Origin: Candidatus Latescibacterota bacterium
Lineage (GTDB): Bacteria > Latescibacterota > UBA2968 > UBA8231
NCBI GenBank assembly: GCA_965261395.1
Contig: OZ253462.1
Location: 4,960,001 to 5,024,000, forward strand
Direction: 5' to 3'
DNA length: 64,000 bases
This document shows, in pieces, positions 9,074-16,846 of the stretch; the stretch's first letter is position 1, and every line of letters starts with the position of its first letter. The notes below the pieces were generated by a model, which saw nothing but the letters and a program-made list of their open reading frames with translations, had not been told where the DNA came from and did no database searches. The position numbers and the translations under genes are program-made.

Positions 9074-11344
9074 ATGGCCCCGAGCTTGCAGATCGGTCGC
9101 CGCGAACTTTGGACCTGTGCCCTCATTGTCCTGTTGTCCTTGGGCCTGCGTCTCTGCTATCTAAACGAACTCTCCCCCAGCCTGCTTTTCGCCGTTCCGG
9201 TCGTCGATGCCCGGACCTATGTCGATGACGCCCGCTACCTCAGCGAGGTCTCTTGGGCTGGGCGACCGACGCCCTTTTGGCAACCGCCGCTCTATCCCTA
9301 TCTGCTCGGCCTCCTCTTCTCTATAAGCGGCGAAGACTACTACCTGCCCCGCCTACTCCAAGCCCTATTCGGTGCGCTCGTCTGTGGATGTACCTATCTG
9401 CTCGGTCTCCGTCTCTTTCCCCCAGCCGTGGCGCTCGGCGCGGGTTTGGCCGCCGCTTTCTATGGCCCGCTGATTTATTTTGGCGGCGAATTACTGCCCA
9501 CCATCCCGGCCATCCTCCTCGACTTGGCTCTGCTGCTCTTGCTGCTCACCGCTCCCCTAAAGCAGCGCTGGCCGTGGCTGATCGCCGGTCTGGCACTGGG
9601 TCTGGCCGCCTTAGCGGTGTCCAATATTCTCCTTTTCGCGCCGGTATTGCTTGCTTGGCTCTGGTTTTCTCAGGGGAACTTTGTCCAGCGAGGCGCCTTG
9701 TTGCTCCTCGGCATCGCGCTGGTCATTGCCCCGGTCGCGTTGCGCAATCACCTAATCGGCGACGACTGGGTACTCATCTCGCACAACGCCGGGATCAATT
9801 TCTATATTGGCAACAACCCCGACTACCAGCGCACAGTCGATACCCGTCCTGGCAGGGCTTGGCTCCAGCTAACGGAAATGCCCGAACGCGAAGCCGGCAT
9901 TGAACGCCCATCGGCTAAATCCCGTTTCTTCTCCGCCCGTTCTTGGGATTTCGCCGCAGCGAATCCGCTCGACTATGCGTGGCTACAGCTTTACAAGCTC
10001 TATCTGTTTTGGCACGGCGATGAAATAAAGCGCAACATAGATCCATATTTCGCCCGCCGCGACTCAGTGCTTTTAGCCGCCCTGTTGTGGAAAAAGGGCG
10101 TCGCCTTCCCCTTCGGATTAGTAGCCCCGTTCGCCCTCTTAGGTCTAGTGCTTTTTACGCGCACCTCGGCGGGCAAGACTGAGCAGGGGCATCTCTTCTT
10201 GCTATTCACTCTGACGTACATGGTCTCGGTGGTGCTCTTCTTCGTTACCGCGCGCTATCGGCTGCCCGTCGTGCCCTTGCTTTTACTCTACGCCGGTTTC
10301 GGGATGTATTCACTATGGAAAGAAACACAGTACCGCAGGAAGGCCTTGGTGGCTTTGCCCCTTCTGTTGCTGGTAGCCAATATCGGCGCCGGGGCTATGG
10401 ACGAGGAGGGCGAACCTCAGCAGCACTTCTGGCTGGGCTATGCCTACGAGCGCAAAGGTATGCCGGCCAATGCCATGCGCGAATACAGGTGGGTCCTCAA
10501 CCAGCTCCCCGACCACGACGACGCGCTCTTGCGCCTAGCGGCCCTCTACATTGACGAAAAGGAATACCACAAGGCCGTCGATCTCTACCGAAAATATCTG
10601 GAGTTCTACCCCGAGGCGGACCGAGTCCGCTACTTTCTCGGCAATGCCCTGTTGCACATGCGCTACTACGAGGACGCCATCGCCACCTACGAGCAGGTCG
10701 CCGAAAAGCGCCCCAACTGGGCGGCCATCTACGGCCGAATCGGCTATGCCCACGCCATGGCGGGCCAACTCGGCCAAGCAGCCGATGCCTATCGCCGCAC
10801 CCTGGCGCTGCACCCCGACTCTACCTTAGTGCGTTACCAGTTAGCCCGGCTCCATGAGACAGAAGGCCAATTGCAGGCCGCTGCCGCTGAGTACCGCACT
10901 CTGCTGGAGCAAGCCCCTACCGAACCCGAGTACCGCATCCGCCTAGCTGATCTGCTCGTCGAGGAGGCAACCACAGGACAAACGACCGCGCTTCTAGAGC
11001 AGACGCTCCAAGCCCAGAGGGCCGAGGCCCTTTTGCGCCAAGCTATCGACCTAGATCCAAACCGCGTCGAGGGCTACTGGAGCATGGGCCTACTCTTGGC
11101 TCGACAGAACCGCTATCCCGAGGCCCTAGTATTCTTTGAGAAAATTGCCGCACTCGCACCGCAGGATCCCCAAGTACACGCCTGTCTGGGCAATCTTTAC
11201 GAGCGCCTCGGCAGAGAGGCAAAAGCGCAGGAGCGCTTCGATAAATACGACCAGCTCAAGCGGAAACGGCGTCTGCAGGACAAGGCGAGGGCAGAAGTAG
11301 AAAAGAATTTAGAACTGGTGCAGAAGATACTCGGACAGCGATAG
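9074..11344 (+). CDS. GT-C fold (ArnT/PMT, GT39/GT83-like) membrane glycosyltransferase fused to TPR repeats
   Basis: Roughly 11-12 hydrophobic segments; first-loop DARTY and PPLYPY motifs; RYRLP; C-terminal ~300 aa of TPRs. Confidence 0.75.
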   Translation: MAPSLQIGRRELWTCALIVLLSLGLRLCYLNELSPSLLFAVPVVDARTYVDDARYLSEVSWAGRPTPFWQPPLYPYLLGLLFSISGEDYYLPRLLQALFGALVCGCTYLLGLRLFPPAVALGAGLAAAFYGPLIYFGGELLPTIPAILLDLALLLLLLTAPLKQRWPWLIAGLALGLAALAVSNILLFAPVLLAWLWFSQGNFVQRGALLLLGIALVIAPVALRNHLIGDDWVLISHNAGINFYIGNNPDYQRTVDTRPGRAWLQLTEMPEREAGIERPSAKSRFFSARSWDFAAANPLDYAWLQLYKLYLFWHGDEIKRNIDPYFARRDSVLLAALLWKKGVAFPFGLVAPFALLGLVLFTRTSAGKTEQGHLFLLFTLTYMVSVVLFFVTARYRLPVVPLLLLYAGFGMYSLWKETQYRRKALVALPLLLLVANIGAGAMDEEGEPQQHFWLGYAYERKGMPANAMREYRWVLNQLPDHDDALLRLAALYIDEKEYHKAVDLYRKYLEFYPEADRVRYFLGNALLHMRYYEDAIATYEQVAEKRPNWAAIYGRIGYAHAMAGQLGQAADAYRRTLALHPDSTLVRYQLARLHETEGQLQAAAAEYRTLLEQAPTEPEYRIRLADLLVEEATTGQTTALLEQTLQAQRAEALLRQAIDLDPNRVEGYWSMGLLLARQNRYPEALVFFEKIAALAPQDPQVHACLGNLYERLGREAKAQERFDKYDQLKRKRRLQDKARAEVEKNLELVQKILGQR

Positions 11345-11353
11345 AATCCGCGT

Positions 11354-13471
11354 TCAATACGCCACGCCCACTAGCCGGGACTGCCCATCTTGTTGTGCGT
11401 CCCCTTCTATCGCCAACCGCACAATATAGAGCCCCGGCGGAACTAGCTGCCCCTGAGCATCGAGTCCGTCCCACGTCTTGTCTTCGTAGCGGCCATTGCG
11501 TTCGGGGGCGTCGTGGATGAGGCGGATTAGCCGGCCGCTCAGATCGTAAACGGCGATCTCTACTGGGCGGGCAACATCCAAAGCGAGCAAGTTATAGTAC
11601 ACTCTGGCCACATCGTTGATCTGATCCCCGTTGGGGGTGAAGACCGCGGGCGCGATCGCCATCCTGTCTAACAAACGGCCTCTGCGCAGTATCGAGGGAC
11701 TCAATACCGTGGTGCCGGATAGATCGGCATCGTCGCCTGCGGCCAGTGGTGCCGCATCGCCCGAAACGACAGCTTGGGATATACTCCTCTCTTCATCGGA
11801 AAGCCGAACCGCCGCGATAAAGTTGGTGCTATAAGTCAGCACCTCGGTCTGAAAATAGATTTTTATTAGCGCGTTGCCTTCTTGCAGGAAGGGAATCCGC
11901 ACCGAGAATCTGTCGTCGTCTACCGCGAGAATTTGGAATCCGTCAACGCGGGTCGTGTCTTCAAGCCCAGCAAAGACGCGTTCGGCGACGAGTTGTCCGG
12001 TGTCATCCACCAACTCCAGGCGGTCTATGCTCTCTACTCGGGCAGGGGTGAATATCTCTATGGTGTCAAAACCGCGCAGGCCGGCCGTCTCCAAGACCGG
12101 GCGCACGGCGTACGTGAAGGTCGTGTTTTCGGCTATCCGAACCTCGCGCGGAAAAATCTCGCCGATGATTTCGTCGGCAAAAGGAGGGGTCAGGACCTCA
12201 AAACTCAGGGATTTCAGCCCCCGGGCCGCCTCTAGGTCATCGCTCTGAAAAAGAACTTGGAACTGGAAGTACCGGTTCGGGCTAGGAGAGGCGATTGGAA
12301 TCCCAGGGCCGTTGGCCGCACTCGCGGGATAGGGTGTGCTGAACGGACTCCAGTTGATTAGATCGTCCCTGATGAGGCCGGGGTTCCACTGGCGGCCAAG
12401 GGCGTCGGCCTTGGGCAGCGTCTCGTACTCAGCTAGTTCCATCTCCCGGGTCGGGTCCTCCAAAGAGAGCGGAATCTCCTCGGCGTCGCGCTGAGCCGCT
12501 AGCAGCCGCGTGAAGACAAAGGGCGTGGCGTCGTTAGCCGTGCGGGTGCGGATCTGCAGACGGGAAAACACCTCGGGGCCGACGACTTCTTCTACCCAAC
12601 GCATATCGCCCCAGAGCGCGGGCTGGCCGGCGTCGAATATATCCGAAATGTACTGAGCTTCGGAGAGAAAGCCCGTGCCGTAAACCTCGAATTCGTCAAT
12701 CTCGAAGTTGACCGTAGAGGTGGCTCGCAGGCGTACAAACTGGACGTAACTGGGCGGGTCTATGGGCACATCGACGACGGGATTTTCGTTGTCGACGTGC
12801 AACAGCAGTGGATCCCAGATCAAACTGCCGTCGTTGGTCAGGCTGATCCCGTCGTTGGTGAAAAGCTCGAAGGCCCGCAGGAAGTCGTTGTGAAAGGGCG
12901 TGGTTGGGGATTTGTGCACGGTATTGCGCGGATAGAAGCGAATGCGATTGACGCCAAAACGCCCCCCCAAGTTGAGGATTACCAGCGCGCCCAGCGCGTT
13001 GAAATTCTTGCGCTCAAACGCCTTCTTTTCACCGCCTTCCTCGCTAGTGAGCAACTCCTCCAAGGACAGTAGGAGGTCGTTGCGATCAAAGATACCACCA
13101 CTGGCGACGCCTGCCTCGCGCCCAAAGTCGAAGACGTTAGGCGCGTCTATGTCACCGCCCCGCGTCACCGTGTTGTTGGCGATGTTTTCGCCTTCTTCTA
13201 TGCGCAGGGGAAAGATACCACGAGGAAAATCGGGATGCGCGAATTCGACTAGATTCCCAGGCGCGTTGCCCACTAGCAGGCGGTTGGGGTTGAGGGGCGA
13301 GCGATGCTCTGCGTCGATGACCGCCACGGCGGAGCTTCCTTCGCCCCGCCAATCCAACTCGCCGCCCTCCCCCAAGGTAACGGTGTCGAGGGCGAAAACG
13401 GGGGCACAAACGATCGCTAATAACCCTGATGCTAGGGCGAAAATACGCGAAAAATAGCCCGATACACGCAT
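11354..13471 (-). CDS. Secreted protein with C-terminal CHU_C/FlgD Ig-like domain (paralog family)
   Basis: Signal peptide; NRIRFYPR, IRTRT and WSPFS motifs; C-terminus PAVFTPNGDQIND...WDG...VPPGLY...GVAY. Confidence 0.75.
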   Translation of the reverse strand: MRVSGYFSRIFALASGLLAIVCAPVFALDTVTLGEGGELDWRGEGSSAVAVIDAEHRSPLNPNRLLVGNAPGNLVEFAHPDFPRGIFPLRIEEGENIANNTVTRGGDIDAPNVFDFGREAGVASGGIFDRNDLLLSLEELLTSEEGGEKKAFERKNFNALGALVILNLGGRFGVNRIRFYPRNTVHKSPTTPFHNDFLRAFELFTNDGISLTNDGSLIWDPLLLHVDNENPVVDVPIDPPSYVQFVRLRATSTVNFEIDEFEVYGTGFLSEAQYISDIFDAGQPALWGDMRWVEEVVGPEVFSRLQIRTRTANDATPFVFTRLLAAQRDAEEIPLSLEDPTREMELAEYETLPKADALGRQWNPGLIRDDLINWSPFSTPYPASAANGPGIPIASPSPNRYFQFQVLFQSDDLEAARGLKSLSFEVLTPPFADEIIGEIFPREVRIAENTTFTYAVRPVLETAGLRGFDTIEIFTPARVESIDRLELVDDTGQLVAERVFAGLEDTTRVDGFQILAVDDDRFSVRIPFLQEGNALIKIYFQTEVLTYSTNFIAAVRLSDEERSISQAVVSGDAAPLAAGDDADLSGTTVLSPSILRRGRLLDRMAIAPAVFTPNGDQINDVARVYYNLLALDVARPVEIAVYDLSGRLIRLIHDAPERNGRYEDKTWDGLDAQGQLVPPGLYIVRLAIEGDAQQDGQSRLVGVAY

Positions 13472-13603
13472 GGCAGCACTCCAATGTAACCGAGACGGCG
13501 GCGGCTGTTGGCAGCCAGCGCTTGTAAAATGACTTTTGGAACCGAGTTGATATCGCTTTATTATATATAAAATCTCGTCCCCCAGTTCAAGGAAGGATGA
13601 GCC

Positions 13604-15727
13604 ATGCCTAGATTTTTGTCTTTCTGTGTCTGCACGGTCCTATTCGCCGCTGCTCAGGTAAACGCCCGCACCGAATACCATCTGGGCGGTGCGGACGGCC
13701 CGTCCTGGCAGGACGTTCGCAGCCAAGCCGAAGTGGGGGCGTATCTGGTCTATGACGCCAACGGCGAGTTGCTCAAGAGCATCGCTGTGGGCACGGCCCC
13801 GCAAGAGACGGGTGGGGATACCCTCGTCGATTTTTCCGACAGCTCCATCCGCCCCCGCTTCATCGATCCGCTCGAAAATTTGGCCCTGACCGATCTAAGC
13901 GCCGCGTCGAACGAAGTCCCCCTGAATTTCACTGGGGGGGAGGTCAGCGTATCCTACGGCAATGGGACTTCGGCTTACAATTGCCTCTTCGCCGGCAACA
14001 ACGCCCCCCTCAACAAGCTCATGCTCGACGCCAATCCCGTATCCGCCCAGTTCCGTCCCTTCTCGCAGGACCCTAACAAAGCACCGGGCATCGGCTTAGG
14101 GCGCCCTTTCTACGATGTCATCATATTCGATTTCGGTGCCAATGTGCCGATTAACCGCATTCGCTTCTATCCGCGCCTCAGCCAAGAGGAAGACCGCCTA
14201 CTGATCGAAAATTTTGCCGAGCCCAAACCTCCCCTTGAGTCTTTTGGCGAAGACAGCTTCGCTGATAATTTCGTGGGCTGGTTTGATATCCGCATGGGCG
14301 ACGCTTCGCTGCCCTTCCAAGACGGTGCGTGCGGGCGCACGCCCGGCAGGCGCTGGATTAAAAGGAACGACCCCTTGCTGACCGTGCTGCACTCCACCCG
14401 CGAAAACCTCGACGTGGTGACCGATCTGCGCTTCAAGAGGCAGTCCATCCGCTTTCTCACCTTCCAAGCCTTTCCCTTGGGCAACTGGGAACTCGCCGAG
14501 TTTGAAATCTACGGCGAGGGCTTTGTCGAAGAGATGACTTACATCACCCAGATCTTGGACTTCGGCCGCCCGATTAGCTGGGGCCAGATCCGCTGGAACG
14601 GCGAGTTGCCCGAGGGCGTACGGGCGGAGATCCGCACCCGCACTGGGCATACCCCCGACCCCAAACTCTACTTCGCCCCCAACAACAACGGCGATCTAGA
14701 CCAAATCACCCTGAAGGAGTACTTAAAGATCGACGCGCTGTCCCGCCTGCCCACCGAGTATGATACCGAAAATTGGAGTTTCTGGTCGCCGCCCTACGAT
14801 TTCGCGGCCGGCTTGCGCGACGAGACTTTGCCCGCCGAAGCCTGGCAAGACGGCACTCCCCTGCTCTCGCCAGGGCCTAGCCGCTATATTCAGATCGCCG
14901 TTAAATTTCTTTCTGCCCCCTTTGCCGCCCCCCGGCTGGATCAGCTCTCACTACAGTTGAGTGAGGCACCTTCGGCCCAAGAAGTCGTCGGCGAGATTTG
15001 GCCCATCGAAGTGGACTCCTTCGAACCTACCACCTTCACCTATGTGGTGCTGCCCTCCTTCGAGACGGACAATATCGGCTTCAACCACCTAGAAATTCTC
15101 ACTCACGCCCGGGTCGATACTATCGAAGCGGTCGTACTCGACGGGACCAGAGTGGATCCTAGCCTCTTCCCCTATGAGATCCTCGATGACCGGATCGTGA
15201 TCGAATTTCCAGAGATAAAGGGCGAAGAGGATAGCTTCAAGCAGTTGGAGGTGATCTTCAACGCGCCCGTGCTGAGCTTCGGCACCGAATTCAGTAGCTG
15301 GGTTTTCAACAGCGAGGACCCCGATCAGATCCGCCAGCAGGTCCGGCCTGGCAACGCCACCTTTCGTTTTTCCGGCGATGTTCTCGCCGTTAAAACTCCG
15401 GTGGGCGGCAATTTGCTGGTCAATGTGGAAGTCGGCCCCAACCCCTTTACGCCCAATGGCGACGGCCTCAACGAGACGCTAACTATCTCCTACAGTTTGC
15501 GCGAGGTGGCAACGGATCGCACGGTCTCTGTGCATATCTACAATCTAGCCGGGCAAGAGGTGGCCACATTGCCCCCAACGCGGTCTCGCAGCGGGCAGTT
15601 CCGCCAAGAGTGGGACGGCACCGACGCCAACGGCCAGCGCGTCCCTCCGGGGCTCTACCTATACGAACTATCTCTCGATGTCGAGCAAGGAGACAGAAAA
15701 ATGGGGTTCCTCGCGGTGGCGTATTAA
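13604..15727 (+). CDS. Secreted protein with C-terminal CHU_C/FlgD Ig-like domain (paralog family)
   Basis: Signal peptide ending VNA; NRIRFYPR, EIRTRTG and WSFWS motifs; C-terminus PNPFTPNGDGLNE...WDG...VPPGLY...AVAY. Confidence 0.75.
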   Translation: MPRFLSFCVCTVLFAAAQVNARTEYHLGGADGPSWQDVRSQAEVGAYLVYDANGELLKSIAVGTAPQETGGDTLVDFSDSSIRPRFIDPLENLALTDLSAASNEVPLNFTGGEVSVSYGNGTSAYNCLFAGNNAPLNKLMLDANPVSAQFRPFSQDPNKAPGIGLGRPFYDVIIFDFGANVPINRIRFYPRLSQEEDRLLIENFAEPKPPLESFGEDSFADNFVGWFDIRMGDASLPFQDGACGRTPGRRWIKRNDPLLTVLHSTRENLDVVTDLRFKRQSIRFLTFQAFPLGNWELAEFEIYGEGFVEEMTYITQILDFGRPISWGQIRWNGELPEGVRAEIRTRTGHTPDPKLYFAPNNNGDLDQITLKEYLKIDALSRLPTEYDTENWSFWSPPYDFAAGLRDETLPAEAWQDGTPLLSPGPSRYIQIAVKFLSAPFAAPRLDQLSLQLSEAPSAQEVVGEIWPIEVDSFEPTTFTYVVLPSFETDNIGFNHLEILTHARVDTIEAVVLDGTRVDPSLFPYEILDDRIVIEFPEIKGEEDSFKQLEVIFNAPVLSFGTEFSSWVFNSEDPDQIRQQVRPGNATFRFSGDVLAVKTPVGGNLLVNVEVGPNPFTPNGDGLNETLTISYSLREVATDRTVSVHIYNLAGQEVATLPPTRSRSGQFRQEWDGTDANGQRVPPGLYLYELSLDVEQGDRKMGFLAVAY

Positions 15728-15761
15728 TGAATTCTGTAGGCGTGCTATAGGCGAGACTTGT

Positions 15762-15790
15762 TTGACATTTTTTTGTGATTGTCTTAGGGT
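15762..15790 (+). promoter_or_regulatory. Putative sigma70 promoter for the gene at 15942
   Basis: TTGACA-17nt-TAGGGT in an AT-rich intergenic region. Confidence 0.4.
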
Positions 15791-15941
15791 ATAGCCAAAT
15801 TTTGTCAGTCACAGCCAAACTATCCACAAGCCGGTCGTTGAAAGGAGGTTTTCTCGACAGGCGATTTATTCGCAACGCATCCCTCTACTCAAATCTGGTC
15901 CCATGACCGATATCCCCATATTCTGAGGAGATTTTCTCAAC

Positions 15942-16829
15942 ATGCAAAAAATCGCAAAAGGACTGATGATCCTGCTAGTATCGGCTGGGCTCGCTAGCGC
16001 CCACAACCCTCCGGGTGAATTGTTCTTTCTCTTTCAGTTCCCCGATAGCGCTGTGCCGACCATAGACGGCGACCTTTCCGACTGGAATATCGTTCCAGAC
16101 AGACCCTATGTGATCCGCAGCGACAAGCTCTACGACCCAGCTCAGTTCAACGAAGCGGGTCGCGGCGAGCTCGATCTCAGCGACTTCAACCCGCTGCACA
16201 TCCTCGGTTGGAACGAAAGTTTCAACAAGCTCTACTTCGCCAACCAAGTATTTGACAACATCCACAATATCGACCGCGAAGATCCGGCCCGCCATTGGGA
16301 TGACGACAACTGGGAGGTCGAAGTCAACCCGACCCACCTAGCCGCCGACGAGCAGAATCTCACCGCCGAGCCGGTAAACCGGATTGCCTATAAATGGGTC
16401 GTGCCGCCGCTCGAAGGCGTCTATCAGTCGCTCGAGCCCATCGGCAACCTAGCTTGGCTTTCGGACGGGGGCGACTTTACTTCGTACGGCTGGTCTTTCG
16501 ATGGCGATCAGTTCGGCGAAAGCACCTATTACTATGAACTAGGTATTACGCCGATTGCCGAGATTCCCCGGGAGGGTGCCACGCCCGACAATATCGAGAT
16601 TTACGACCTCGAAGAGGACGATATCATCCACATCTCGATCAACAACGGCGATATTGACGCGCCCCAGTCCGACCACGCCTATAATGGTTTCTGGGGCACC
16701 ACCCCGGAGAGCAGCAATATCGCGCTCAACGACTTTGTCCTCGCTCCGATCGAAGAGGGCATTGACTTTTCGGAGACGAGTGTCGAAGCAACCAGTTGGG
16801 GCCAGCTCAAGAGTAGCTTGGGCCGATAA
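15942..16829 (+). CDS. Secreted acidic protein, CBM9/DOMON-like fold, with C-terminal SVEATSWGQLK tail
   Basis: SD GAGGAG; signal peptide ending ASA; PTIDGDLSDW motif typical of CBM9-like domains; C-terminal SWGxxK motif. Confidence 0.65.
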   Translation: MQKIAKGLMILLVSAGLASAHNPPGELFFLFQFPDSAVPTIDGDLSDWNIVPDRPYVIRSDKLYDPAQFNEAGRGELDLSDFNPLHILGWNESFNKLYFANQVFDNIHNIDREDPARHWDDDNWEVEVNPTHLAADEQNLTAEPVNRIAYKWVVPPLEGVYQSLEPIGNLAWLSDGGDFTSYGWSFDGDQFGESTYYYELGITPIAEIPREGATPDNIEIYDLEEDDIIHISINNGDIDAPQSDHAYNGFWGTTPESSNIALNDFVLAPIEEGIDFSETSVEATSWGQLKSSLGR

Positions 16830-16846
16830 ACCCACCTGTTAGCTCC

